A stretch of 64,000 nt of DNA from Patescibacteria group bacterium. GTDB taxonomy: Bacteria; Patescibacteriota; Minisyncoccia; Phycocordibacterales; Phycocordibacteraceae. The position numbers were made by a program, and so were the translations under genes. The DNA is taken from assembly GCA_019752595.1 (NCBI GenBank), contig JAIELV010000001.1:553209-617208 (forward strand). Direction: 5' to 3'. The notes beneath the pieces were generated by a model. It searched no databases. It saw nothing but the letters and a program-made list of their open reading frames with translations, and was not told where the DNA came from. Below, piece after piece: positions 52,927 to 62,599 of this stretch. How positions within the stretch are numbered: position 1 is the stretch's first letter; every line of letters starts with the position of its first letter.

Positions 52927-54273
52927 TCAATTGATGGTTTTTGATTTTGAAACAAACAGAAATGCGAGCGCATAGAGTGCGAGCAACATTCCGAGCGTTT
53001 CAAGTGAAAGCTCTGCAGGAATTGCAAATGCGGAGAAAGAAAAACTGCCGAGCCACACGGAAATTTGAATGATGTAGTGGAGAATTGCATACGCAAGCGC
53101 GGTGAATGGAAACGCTAGGACGGAGGAAAGCAGGCTCACGATTGCCGCCACGAAACCAAAAAGCATTGCCGCTGGGACCGCTGGCAAGACGAGGATGTTT
53201 GCGATGAGAGAAACAACAGAGACGGAACCAATAGAAAAAATCAAAAGCGGAAGCACAGTGATTTGTGTGGCAACTGTGGTGGCAACAATTTCTCTCAAGC
53301 CTAAAGTTTCAGGCACAAACTGCATTCGTTTTTGCAGGGGATTCGAAAACAGCACGAGCCCCAGTGTGGCGAGCATCGACAACTGATACGAAAGGTCAAA
53401 CAGCACCAGATACGGATTGAAAAGCGCCATGCCCGCACCTGCAATGAGAAGTATGCGCACGCCTTCCGTGGGACGTCGCAAGAATTGCGCAAGAAGCACA
53501 ATGAGCGCCATCACTGATGCGCGAACGCCCGTTTCCGTGGCGCCCGTCATGACCACGAACGCCAGTATGCCAACGCCCGCAACAGCGAGCGCAACGCCAC
53601 GGGAGAAAATTCTTTGCGCAATAAATAAAATCGCACCTATGACGAGAGCGACGTTGTAGCCTGAAAGGACAATTATGTGCACCACTCCTGCGTTTCGGAA
53701 TGATTCAGTAATTTTTTCTCCAAGCGATTGTTTTTCTCCAAGCAGTAACCCCGCCAAAAGCGCGCTTTCTGGCTCAGGAAGCGCGCGCTGTATGCCTTCG
53801 ACGAGTGCGTGTTTCAATCCCAAAAGCGTGGCGACTAACACGTTCCCCTCTCCACTGCCGAGAACTTCGACATCGGCAAACTGTACGGTGTGCGTGACGC
53901 CGTGCGCCAAAAGATATTTCGGGTAATCAAACGTTCTGCCGCCATCAGTTTCGAACGGTTCAGGGAGTTTCAGTTTCCCTGAAACGGTTATGCGGTCGCC
54001 GTAGCTGATGTCTGAAAAGCGGTCGACCGAAGCAAGTATTCTTCCTTTTGTTTGTTCTTCGTTTACTGTGTCTACGTCGACGGTGAGGAAAATAAATTTC
54101 TCTCTGATATCAGGGTCGCGTGAAACTACACCTTCAATTACCGTTTCGGTGTCTACAGCCGAGGTGAGAGCGGGCGAAACAGGAGCAGGAGCGAAAACGG
54201 AATACAGCGCGGCGCCGAAAATAACAAAAACACAGAGAATAGGGACTATTCCACGCGCTACCCAGTGGGGCAT
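52927..54273 (-). CDS. comEC: ComEC/Rec2 membrane competence domain protein (DUF4131 plus competence domain), no MBL domain
   Basis: N-terminal OB-fold-like soluble region followed by the polytopic competence domain (VVHIIVLSGYNVALV...). Ends without the MBL module. Confidence 0.75.
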   Translation of the reverse strand: MPHWVARGIVPILCVFVIFGAALYSVFAPAPVSPALTSAVDTETVIEGVVSRDPDIREKFIFLTVDVDTVNEEQTKGRILASVDRFSDISYGDRITVSGKLKLPEPFETDGGRTFDYPKYLLAHGVTHTVQFADVEVLGSGEGNVLVATLLGLKHALVEGIQRALPEPESALLAGLLLGEKQSLGEKITESFRNAGVVHIIVLSGYNVALVIGAILFIAQRIFSRGVALAVAGVGILAFVVMTGATETGVRASVMALIVLLAQFLRRPTEGVRILLIAGAGMALFNPYLVLFDLSYQLSMLATLGLVLFSNPLQKRMQFVPETLGLREIVATTVATQITVLPLLIFSIGSVSVVSLIANILVLPAVPAAMLFGFVAAIVSLLSSVLAFPFTALAYAILHYIIQISVWLGSFSFSAFAIPAELSLETLGMLLALYALAFLFVSKSKTIN

Positions 54274-54326
54274 TGAATAATGTTACCGCGCTCTATGTGT
54301 CTTGATGCGCGCTCTCTATAATTAGT

Positions 54327-54360
54327 ATGTCAACGTGTTACCATGGTAACACGTTGACAT
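54327..54360. promoter_or_regulatory. 34-bp perfect palindrome ATGTCAACGTGTTACCATGGTAACACGTTGACAT, adjacent to a TATAAT-like box
   Basis: Exact self-complementarity. Located in the 5' region of comEC and downstream of rnhA. Its core is a permutation of the palindrome at 26378. Confidence 0.5.
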
Positions 54361-54455
54361 TAAGACAGGATGTCAGGATGTGGCGGTAGGTCAGGATATG
54401 ACGGTAGACTTTGCCGTGGTGTTTATGCACCGCGCATGCTTATGCGCCGCGGCAC

Positions 54456-54872
54456 TTATGACCCACGATCCATGGCGTCGTTCGCGTATTGGTCGGCCAC
54501 TTTGTTTTCTTCGCGTGGGACGTGCTGGAATTTGATGTTGGGAAACGATTCCATAATCAAGAGGCGGACTTCCTGATGTTTCTCCTTCAACACTGGGTGT
54601 TTTACCTTATATTCCCCCTTCATCTGTTTCACAATCAGTTCCGAGTCCATTTTGATGGTGACAGGGGCAGTGACGGGGCTTCCGAGAACTTTGTGTGTAG
54701 TTTGAAGTGCAAGAATCAGCGCTTCGTATTCGGCAAAGTTGTTTGTCTGAATTCCGAGGTATTTAGAAACGTGTGCGATTTCAACATCGTCCTTATATAT
54801 AACCGCCCCAGAACCTGCTGGCCCTGGATTCCCGCGTGAACCTCCGTCTGTGAAAATAGTTACTTCAGCCAT
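54456..54872 (-). CDS. rnhA: Ribonuclease HI
   Basis: IFTDGGSRGNPGPAGSGAV...NNFAEYEALILAL...D catalytic DEDD-type residues of RNase H type 1. Confidence 0.85.
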   Translation of the reverse strand: MAEVTIFTDGGSRGNPGPAGSGAVIYKDDVEIAHVSKYLGIQTNNFAEYEALILALQTTHKVLGSPVTAPVTIKMDSELIVKQMKGEYKVKHPVLKEKHQEVRLLIMESFPNIKFQHVPREENKVADQYANDAMDRGS

Positions 54873-54928
54873 CGACGTAGTTTACCCTGCATTCGAGAGT
54901 AACTAAAAAGAAATTTCTTAGTTCATTG

Positions 54929-56203
54929 TTACCTAAAAAGTAAATCAATACCCCTTAGCGAATCTCTATAAAGCTCTAATAACGCTCTTTGAATTTTGAG
55001 CCAATCACCATTTTTATAGAATTCTAGAAGGTCTAATTTGGTCAACGCTTTTACCATACCCTCTTGATCGTCCGGATGTGCGGATTTATTAGGAACCAAG
55101 TTAAGACGTCTTAGCCCAAATAGATCATCAGGGACATCTTTTGAACGCGAAATCAAAAATAAATAAAACTTATTCAGCGGGGCTTTCATTTCTTCCTCAT
55201 TTGTGTTGGGAATGTGTTGCTTTGCAGTTTCGAAATCTATGCCATGATTTTCTATGCTTTCATGGAAAAGCATACTTGTCGCCCTTAGATCAATAGCGGA
55301 TTTAATGAGTTCAGCCTCGCTGTTAGCGTTTCGCATTTGCGAAGCAAGTAAATCTGAATCGGGGAGTAATTGGAATCCGAACCCACTGTCGGAAAGAGTA
55401 TGAAGGTTAATGGTTCTTTTAAGTCGATAAATTTCATCGATGACGTCCGCATTAGAAAATGTAGTGGCGGTAGATTCCGCTTTCTTTTCCGATTCTTTTT
55501 TTAAATCTTTCTTTATTCGATCGTGTTTCGCAGTGACTAGCTCCTTAGCTCTATCATTGCCATCCTCAAGAATCATTTCTTCAAGTTTTGTGACAAGACT
55601 TCCGTTCCAAGTGGTTAAGACTTCAGCGATTACATTATCAGATTTTGAATCTACTAGGGACTGAAAATTATCTATAAACCATTGGAGGTATTTTGTTGGA
55701 TCTAATTCTAAGAGTGCGCGGATCGCCGTTTCTCTAGTATCTTTTTGAAGTTTTTGTTTTTTTACAATAGTTAGAAATTGAGCGTCAACGCCTTGAAGTG
55801 CTCCAGCAAATTTTAAAAACTTCGCCATTTGCGAGATGTCGAAAGGTAAGAAATCATCATCGGAAGAGAGTATCTCTTTTATGCGAGAGATAACCCGATC
55901 GTCAAGAAAATTTATATCGGCAAGATAGTCTAAACTCCAAATAAAGGCTGCTTCGGGAGATTTGGGGTCGGAAGCAACGTCGGTTAAAAATTTTTTAACT
56001 TGTGGGGATGAGTATTTTTTCAAACTAGAAATGAAATAATGCGGAATGGTTGAGTCTGTAAACCGATAGTAAGTTTTCATAATTGCCCCAGTAAAGGAGG
56101 GATCTTTGATTTCATCCATCTCATTAAGTACTCTTACTACTTCACGTGAATCTTCAGCTGCCAAAAGATCTACAATTAAATTCCCGTTATGTTCGTCTGC
56201 CAT
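54929..56203 (-). CDS. Hypothetical protein, 424 aa. Encoded in a noticeably AT-rich stretch.
   Basis: Long ORF. By eye its base composition is lower in GC than flanking housekeeping genes. No family recognised. Confidence 0.5.
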   Translation of the reverse strand: MADEHNGNLIVDLLAAEDSREVVRVLNEMDEIKDPSFTGAIMKTYYRFTDSTIPHYFISSLKKYSSPQVKKFLTDVASDPKSPEAAFIWSLDYLADINFLDDRVISRIKEILSSDDDFLPFDISQMAKFLKFAGALQGVDAQFLTIVKKQKLQKDTRETAIRALLELDPTKYLQWFIDNFQSLVDSKSDNVIAEVLTTWNGSLVTKLEEMILEDGNDRAKELVTAKHDRIKKDLKKESEKKAESTATTFSNADVIDEIYRLKRTINLHTLSDSGFGFQLLPDSDLLASQMRNANSEAELIKSAIDLRATSMLFHESIENHGIDFETAKQHIPNTNEEEMKAPLNKFYLFLISRSKDVPDDLFGLRRLNLVPNKSAHPDDQEGMVKALTKLDLLEFYKNGDWLKIQRALLELYRDSLRGIDLLFR

Positions 56204-56272
56204 ATTTAAATTTTATTCTATAAGTATCCTTCTAACGATTAAGCGTGTGCGGTCACCTTACCCAGACTCAAA

Positions 56273-57955
56273 CTACAACACCAGATTCTCAATCCGAAGC
56301 CTCAGTTCCCTACGGCCAGCAAAATAGGAGCGCTCTATACAGGCGTCTACGGTACACGTGTCTCCGTCGGACAAAAGCGCGAGGGTGTCTTTGAATGTCG
56401 TTCTCGGGAAGAAAAATGCTATGGCGTCTGCCCGAGCGCCTGAATCATCGGTCAGGGTTATGCGTGCGTGTTCCTTGCTTGCTCCGAAATACGTAATCGC
56501 GTACGCGGTGACGCCCTTCAGGCGAAATATGGGTTTCGGGTTCTGCTGGCCGAACGGCGCCAAGGTGCGGAGGGCTTCGTACGCCATGTCGTTTACTTCC
56601 GTGAGATTCAGATGACTTTCAATATTTTCCAAGTCCACAATTTCTACCTCGTTCCCCGCATTCTTTTCCATCAGTCTTTGATGCGCGGCTTCCAGTTGCG
56701 CAGGCAACGTGTGAATTGAATTTGGGTCGACAGAAAAACCACCTGAAAGTTCATGTCCGCCGAAATCCAAGAACGCGTCTTTTGCTTCCACCAACAAATC
56801 CACGATGTTTACTTTCCCGTCCGAACGACACGAACCTTTAATCAGCTCCGCCTGTCCTGAGCCTGTCGAAGGATCCACCCCCCACAAACACACTGTCTTT
56901 TGATACGTCTGCACCACGCTCGTTGCGGCGATGCCCAAAAGTGACGGGCGCCACTCGCGACTTCCCATCACAATAACGGAACCCAAGGTCGGCAAACCTT
57001 CAATTTTTTTCTTCACATCTTTTGAAACGCGCATGCCTTCCATCTTTCTGTCTTTATTCAGCTTTACTAGTTCCTTGGCAATTTCTTTTGCGCGCTCAGA
57101 GGATTCCGTCGTCAAAAGCTCAAACGCCAACTTTGGGCTCTTCATGCGCGAAGACGCATTAATCTTCGGCGCAATTGAAAACGCGATGTCATCCTCGGTG
57201 ACAGAGTGAAGTGGGATTTTCTCCGCCTCAAGAAGTGCGCGAAGCCCTGGGCGTCTGCCTTTGTGAATCACGGTGAGCCCGTAGCGAACAAGTGTGCGGT
57301 TTTCGCCTGTAAGCGGCACCATGTCGGCAATCGTGGCGACTGCAACCAAATCCAACAACCACTTCTCTTGCCCCTCTTTGTGTTCCCATATATGGGAAGA
57401 TTTATTTTTCTGGATCAGGGCCTCTACAAGTTTGAACGCGACACCTGTTCCACATAACCCTTTGAACGGATACACATCGTCCGCCTGATGCGCATTGATG
57501 ACCGCAAACGCGGGCGGAAGCATCGCCTGTGGCAGATGGTGATCGGTGATGATAACGTCGATGCCGAGCGTGCGTGCGAATTCCACTTCTTCCACGTCGG
57601 TGATTCCGCAATCGACGGTCACTATCAAAGTCGCGCCTTCGTCTTTTAATTTCTGAATTCCTGTTTCATTCAGGCCGTACCCCTCACTTCTTTCAGCTAC
57701 ATACGTCAGAATTGGGAAACCGATTTGGCGGAAGAAATCAAAAAGAAGCGAACCGCCAGGAATACCGTCGCAGTCGTAGTCATGCCAGACCGCCATTTTC
57801 TCGCCTTTTTCTATTGCAGAGAGGATGCGCGCTACGCTCACCTCCATTCCTTTCAAAAGGAACGGGTCGTGGCGGGCATCGTACAAAGGGTTCAGGAACG
57901 CTTCGTGGTCGGTGATTTTTCTATTCTCAAGTATTCGCGTAACCAAGGGGTGCAT
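56273..57955 (-). CDS. recJ: Single-stranded-DNA-specific exonuclease RecJ
   Basis: DHH motifs HDYDCDGI, VTVDCG, ITDHH, and the DHHA1 region. Confidence 0.85.
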   Translation of the reverse strand: MHPLVTRILENRKITDHEAFLNPLYDARHDPFLLKGMEVSVARILSAIEKGEKMAVWHDYDCDGIPGGSLLFDFFRQIGFPILTYVAERSEGYGLNETGIQKLKDEGATLIVTVDCGITDVEEVEFARTLGIDVIITDHHLPQAMLPPAFAVINAHQADDVYPFKGLCGTGVAFKLVEALIQKNKSSHIWEHKEGQEKWLLDLVAVATIADMVPLTGENRTLVRYGLTVIHKGRRPGLRALLEAEKIPLHSVTEDDIAFSIAPKINASSRMKSPKLAFELLTTESSERAKEIAKELVKLNKDRKMEGMRVSKDVKKKIEGLPTLGSVIVMGSREWRPSLLGIAATSVVQTYQKTVCLWGVDPSTGSGQAELIKGSCRSDGKVNIVDLLVEAKDAFLDFGGHELSGGFSVDPNSIHTLPAQLEAAHQRLMEKNAGNEVEIVDLENIESHLNLTEVNDMAYEALRTLAPFGQQNPKPIFRLKGVTAYAITYFGASKEHARITLTDDSGARADAIAFFFPRTTFKDTLALLSDGDTCTVDACIERSYFAGRRELRLRIENLVL

Positions 57956-57978
57956 TTAGAAAATGTTAGCATGGGCGC

Positions 57979-58305
57979 ATGGATAACTGTGTATTTTGCA
58001 AAATCGTCGCAGGCGAAATTCCTTCCCCGCGAACGTACGAGGATGACAAACTCATTGCATTTCTGGATATTAGGCCGAAAGCCCCAGGACACACACTTCT
58101 TATTCCGAAGGAGCATTATCAATGGTTTTACGAACTCCCTGACGAATTGTCCGACCATTTGTTCCGCGTATCAAAAAAACTTGCAAAAGAGCTTAAGGAA
58201 AAACACGACGCAAGTCTCGTAAAACTATCAATTGTCGGCGACCAAGTGCCCCATACGCATGTGCACCTTATCCCGTATCCAAAAGAAGTTGAGGTTGGGT
58301 TATAA
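57979..58305 (+). CDS. HIT-family (histidine triad) protein
   Basis: CVFCKI...GHTLLIPKEH... and C-terminal HTHVHLIP histidine triad. Confidence 0.8.
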   Translation: MDNCVFCKIVAGEIPSPRTYEDDKLIAFLDIRPKAPGHTLLIPKEHYQWFYELPDELSDHLFRVSKKLAKELKEKHDASLVKLSIVGDQVPHTHVHLIPYPKEVEVGL

Positions 58306-58313
58306 ATTTGCGC

Positions 58314-58820
58314 TCAAACGCCCGAGCGCCTCTCATCCCTCACTGCTTGTTCAAGCCTCCGTCGAATTTCTCCTGTCGCGAAAGATCGCGAGGTGATACT
58401 AATTGGTAGGTCTATGTCTGTCTGAATTGAGCTCTCAGGAAACCACGTATTTATAAAATATGCGGCAACACGTAAGTCATCCGCAGAACAACCTTCAAGA
58501 GATGCATTGTAGCGGTCGGCTCGGGCAAGCTGTTGTTCAATCGGGCCCACATTGCGTTCGAAATAATAACTTCCTATGGAACTTAGTATTCTCATTCCGT
58601 CATTGAACGTTCCTGCATCGATAACCCCGCGCTCGAAAGGTTCGGCTCTGTGCACGCATGCATGTAAATCCGCCCCTGCCATGGGATTTTCCGCCTGAGC
58701 TTCTCTCGCAGTAGCCATCTGCGGGATTCGGGAAAAGGTGCGTTGTTCAGCAGCTAACGCGGGAACGGCGGAAACCGCGAGTGTGGCAAGTGACATTAGT
58801 CCAGCCTCTACTCTTCTCAT
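58314..58820 (-). CDS. Hypothetical secreted protein (signal peptide MSLATLAVSAVPALAAE), 168 aa
   Basis: ORF with a cleavable-looking signal peptide. No family recognised. Confidence 0.4.
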   Translation of the reverse strand: MRRVEAGLMSLATLAVSAVPALAAEQRTFSRIPQMATAREAQAENPMAGADLHACVHRAEPFERGVIDAGTFNDGMRILSSIGSYYFERNVGPIEQQLARADRYNASLEGCSADDLRVAAYFINTWFPESSIQTDIDLPISITSRSFATGEIRRRLEQAVRDERRSGV

Positions 58821-58869
58821 ATAAATGAGGGTACTCCTCTTTCACAGAGGGTCAAGCGAACAAGATGAA

Positions 58870-59991
58870 TTACTTTGAGTTTTTCAACGCCTCAATACCT
58901 GGCAATGTGCCGTTTGCAAGGAAATCGAGCATGGCGCCACCTGCTGTTGAGACGAAAGAAAATTTATCCATAAGATTCAAGCTCTGAATGGAAGAAAGCG
59001 TGTCGCCACCCCCGACAACGGATTTCGCGCTTGAGCCTGCAATGAGTTTTGCCAGATCATCGGTGCCTGAACGAAAGCCTTTTTCAAAATTTCCCATCGG
59101 ACCATTCCAAAGAATAGATTTTGATTTCGCCACAATCGGCGCCAATTTCTGGATTGCCGTCGGCGAAATATCGATAATCACATCTTCCGTTCCCACTTCG
59201 GTTGCCACCGTTTCGTGCGAACCTGCGGGGTTTAACACAATCAGTTCATTCGGAAGAATAATTTTTGAATTCGTGAGCATCGGTTTCGCGTGATCCGCCC
59301 CTGACACCAACGATTTTCCGACTTCGTATCCTTTTGCGCGATAAAAATCGTTTACAATTGCCCCGCCCACAAACACGTAATCGTATTTTGAAAGCAGAGT
59401 GTCAATCAATTTCACTTTCGTCACCAATTTCGCACCACCCACAATTGCGAGTGACGGGCTTTCAGGAGAAAGTGCGGGAGAAAGGCCTTCTACTTCCGCT
59501 ACCAGTTGAAAGCCTGCGTACGAAGGAAGTAGTTTTGAAACACCGACGACAGACGCATGCGCGCGGTGCGACACGGGGAACGCATCGTTCACATATATAT
59601 CGGCAAGAGACGCGAGTTCGCGAGCAAAACCTTCGTCATTCGCTTCTTCGCGCGCATCACGACGTATGTTCTGCAAGAGAAGCGCCGTTCCGTTTCCAAG
59701 CTTCCCCGCTTCTTCGCGTGCCTTAGTGCCACTAATATCATCAACGAACGAAACGTGAATTTTTGTTTTCAGATACGCATACACAGGCTGCAGCGTGCCC
59801 ATTTTGTCGCTCATGTGGCTCATCAACACTACGCGCGCACCGTGATCCAAAAGATATTTCACTGTCGGAAGCGCGCGCTCAATGCGATAGGGATCCTCCA
59901 CTCCTCCGTTTTGAATCGGCACGTTCAAATCAAGACGCACCAACACGCGCGCACCTGAAAGATTTTTAAGTTCGCTAATGCTTCGGACCAT
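58870..59991 (-). CDS. pgk: Phosphoglycerate kinase
   Basis: RVDLNVP, MSHMS-like region, GGGAMLDFL-type C-terminal domain. 373 aa. Confidence 0.9.
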   Translation of the reverse strand: MVRSISELKNLSGARVLVRLDLNVPIQNGGVEDPYRIERALPTVKYLLDHGARVVLMSHMSDKMGTLQPVYAYLKTKIHVSFVDDISGTKAREEAGKLGNGTALLLQNIRRDAREEANDEGFARELASLADIYVNDAFPVSHRAHASVVGVSKLLPSYAGFQLVAEVEGLSPALSPESPSLAIVGGAKLVTKVKLIDTLLSKYDYVFVGGAIVNDFYRAKGYEVGKSLVSGADHAKPMLTNSKIILPNELIVLNPAGSHETVATEVGTEDVIIDISPTAIQKLAPIVAKSKSILWNGPMGNFEKGFRSGTDDLAKLIAGSSAKSVVGGGDTLSSIQSLNLMDKFSFVSTAGGAMLDFLANGTLPGIEALKNSK

Positions 59992-59995
59992 ACGA

Positions 59996-60745
59996 TTATG
60001 AAAACGCTCGGATTATATTTGTAAATTCTTCGGCGTCAGTTGAAGCGCGCCCTGGGAGAAGCCCATGAATGCTTTTTTCTTCTTTGAAGAGCGCGGCGTT
60101 CTCCGCATCTACGGAAGCTCCGTAAATAATTCTAACTTTCATAGCCTTCTCTCTCCCCCACATATCTGCAATTGTCTTTCTGATGTAGAGAATTGCTTCA
60201 GCAGCAACGCGCGGAGAAGCGGCCTCTGTTTTTCCTATTGCCCACACAGGCTCATACGCAACCGTAAATTTTCCTGCGTCTTTTGGCTCAATACGCGAGA
60301 GAGACGCTTTGACACTTTTTTCAATTGTTGAGAAAAATTTTCCATCTTGATCGCGCTCTGTTTCACCGACGCAAATAATCGGATGTAATTTTGCAGAAAG
60401 AGCAGAAACAGCTTTTTTTGCGACCATTTCATCTGTATCCCCGAGTGCGCGCCGTTCCGAGTGCCCCACAAGCACATACGAAATGCCCGCAGATGCAAGA
60501 TGTGTGGCTGACACTTGGCCAGTAAACGCGCCATCTGTTTCCCAAAACGTATCCTGAGTCCCAAACGCGATTCTTTTCCCTTTGTACTCACGGCGAAGTG
60601 CTGCCGCTAATGCCACGGGCGGACAGACAACCACGGTTGTTTTCACGCCGCGGGGCATTTTTTTATCAATAGCCTTTAGAAGTTTCTTTCCTTCTTCTAA
60701 ACTTTTTATATATAATTTCCAATTACCAACGATGAGTTTTATCAT
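59996..60745 (-). CDS. tpiA: Triosephosphate isomerase
   Basis: Catalytic VGHSERR, VAYEPVWAIGTG-like AYEPVWAIGKTEAA, and the loop-6 region. Confidence 0.9.
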   Translation of the reverse strand: MIKLIVGNWKLYIKSLEEGKKLLKAIDKKMPRGVKTTVVVCPPVALAAALRREYKGKRIAFGTQDTFWETDGAFTGQVSATHLASAGISYVLVGHSERRALGDTDEMVAKKAVSALSAKLHPIICVGETERDQDGKFFSTIEKSVKASLSRIEPKDAGKFTVAYEPVWAIGKTEAASPRVAAEAILYIRKTIADMWGREKAMKVRIIYGASVDAENAALFKEEKSIHGLLPGRASTDAEEFTNIIRAFS

Positions 60746-60782
60746 ATAACTCTATACTTCTTACAAATGTGCGTGAAGAAGA

Positions 60783-61130
60783 TTACACGTCGCCAGTATA
60801 AGGAGCGTACACCACGGCTCGGTCACGTTCCGAATCCCACACGTCTCGCGAATCATGCGTCAAAAATTCAAACCCTTTACTGGTCGCATGAAAAGAGACG
60901 GGCGGCTTCACTCCGAGTAAATGATGACGGTGTCCATCATCAAAGTCGGCGAGTTCAGGCGGTTTCGGAATTTGCCCAAAACGAAATTGATGTTGAATGA
61001 AATTAAACGCCCACGCACCAGCTAAGTTCTGATTTTTAAGCGCCTTTTGCGCGTCTTTAATTGTTCCCGCCGTCTCCACCGGAATACTCTGAAAAATCTG
61101 AGCTCCTACTGCTTCGACGGATCTAGACAT
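60783..61130 (-). CDS. Hypothetical protein, 115 aa
   Basis: ORF only. Confidence 0.35.
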   Translation of the reverse strand: MSRSVEAVGAQIFQSIPVETAGTIKDAQKALKNQNLAGAWAFNFIQHQFRFGQIPKPPELADFDDGHRHHLLGVKPPVSFHATSKGFEFLTHDSRDVWDSERDRAVVYAPYTGDV

Positions 61131-61160
61131 AGTAATTATTATACCTTGCGAAGCTAGGCA

Positions 61161-62597
61161 TTAGAACGGAATGTTCTGGTCCTGCCAAATGATGAATTTG
61201 TAGTCGTCTGACGTCACTGGGGTAAAGGGCGGTGGATTTGATGAAAGAGTGCGGTCAAAGTTGTCGTACCGCTGACTAAACCCAGAGACGAATGTGCCGT
61301 TACTGGTCCACTTCGTACCCACTCGCCCATTCGAAACAACTGTGCCGTTGGTAGTTAATGTATTGCGAAGTACATACGGGTCAAGACTCCCAGGCAAACC
61401 TTGGTTCCCTGATGTCGTTGAGCAATCGTTCTGGCAATAGTGGTTTCTTCCGAATTTTCCGTTTTGCGCAATAAATATTCCGTGTATCGTCATCACGTCT
61501 GGCACCTGAAGCCCAATCAAAACATCTTTTTCACCAATGAGCGTGAGTCCGTTCCCAGACGCGCTCGCATACGTGATGTTGTTATTGATAATTGCGGAGC
61601 GTTCAACGCCAGGCGTAATAAGGTCTGCTGCGGCGAGCACAATTTTCCCCGACACGACTCCTTCTACCCACACGTTGTCTTCGACAAAAATAATCGGGCA
61701 GTCCGCATCGATGGTGTACAGCGTTTGCGCCTGCACATTCGACATCACTGTTCTCTCCTGCACCCAATCATTTTCCAAGCTATACCCCCACACCTGCGTT
61801 GTCCCGACCACTCTTCTGATGTTCACCGTTCCATCTGCGTTGAACGTTACACGATATCCGTATCCGCCAGATGGAGGGATGTAGGTGCCCGAGGAGGTGG
61901 CGTGATTTTTTATTTTATTGAGATCAACAGTGATGCCGTTAAAGTCCACCTGCGGAGCGGGGAACTGCCACAGTGATGATGGTCCGCCCGAACCGAAAAC
62001 GCCGTTTTGATTTGACGTTGGAGAACATCCGAATGACGAAGTGCATGACCACGTAGAAACACCAGAAGAAACTGTGGCGTTGTGTGTACCGTCCATACGA
62101 ATACCGCCGTTACTGTGGTACGGTCCTGAAATCACACGGTCACTGCCTACCCACACATTTGAATTTGTGATGGTTGAATAATCTGCAACGGTTGGCTTTG
62201 CGTAGCGCGCAACAAGCGTGCGTTTAAATGAGGGGTCGTTTGTGGAAGCACCTGTCGAGGTGATGGTGATATCTGTCAATTCATTGCATGCAGTTGTTCC
62301 GCCGATGTCGAGTGAGAACGTGCCCACAGTTCCTCCTTCGGGATCGGTAATGGTGTGTACGTACGGGCCAGCAACCCCCGTACCATCCTGCAGGTCATCA
62401 GGGTAGTGCGCCAAGTGCCAGCGATAGTACTCAAGGCCTGCCTCCGCTAAATTCTGTGCTTTTTGTTTGTTCACTTCAGCCAGCTGAACTTTTTTTTGTA
62501 CGAAAATAAAACCAGAGAGAGTGGCGATAAGCGTCATAAAAACGGCGGAAAATACCAACACGAGAAGTACGAAATGTGCTCGGCTTGTTTTTTTCAT
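61161..62597 (-). CDS. Large pilus-associated/pseudopilin-like secreted protein (N-terminal hydrophobic helix, Gly/Ser/Thr/Asn-rich beta-type body), 478 aa
   Basis: N-terminal FVLLVLVFSAVFMTLIATL TM segment. Cys pairs. Directly downstream of a type IV pilin-like gene. Confidence 0.45.
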   Translation of the reverse strand: MKKTSRAHFVLLVLVFSAVFMTLIATLSGFIFVQKKVQLAEVNKQKAQNLAEAGLEYYRWHLAHYPDDLQDGTGVAGPYVHTITDPEGGTVGTFSLDIGGTTACNELTDITITSTGASTNDPSFKRTLVARYAKPTVADYSTITNSNVWVGSDRVISGPYHSNGGIRMDGTHNATVSSGVSTWSCTSSFGCSPTSNQNGVFGSGGPSSLWQFPAPQVDFNGITVDLNKIKNHATSSGTYIPPSGGYGYRVTFNADGTVNIRRVVGTTQVWGYSLENDWVQERTVMSNVQAQTLYTIDADCPIIFVEDNVWVEGVVSGKIVLAAADLITPGVERSAIINNNITYASASGNGLTLIGEKDVLIGLQVPDVMTIHGIFIAQNGKFGRNHYCQNDCSTTSGNQGLPGSLDPYVLRNTLTTNGTVVSNGRVGTKWTSNGTFVSGFSQRYDNFDRTLSSNPPPFTPVTSDDYKFIIWQDQNIPF

Positions 62598-62599
62598 TG

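Noticed and set aside
52337-53096. Several 100-140-aa ORFs on the minus strand and alternate frames overlapping the His-rich repeat gene
   Set aside because: They are products of the 21-nt tandem repeats reading open in several frames. The HGGGHGD frame is the only one with a coherent repeat peptide and sensible context.
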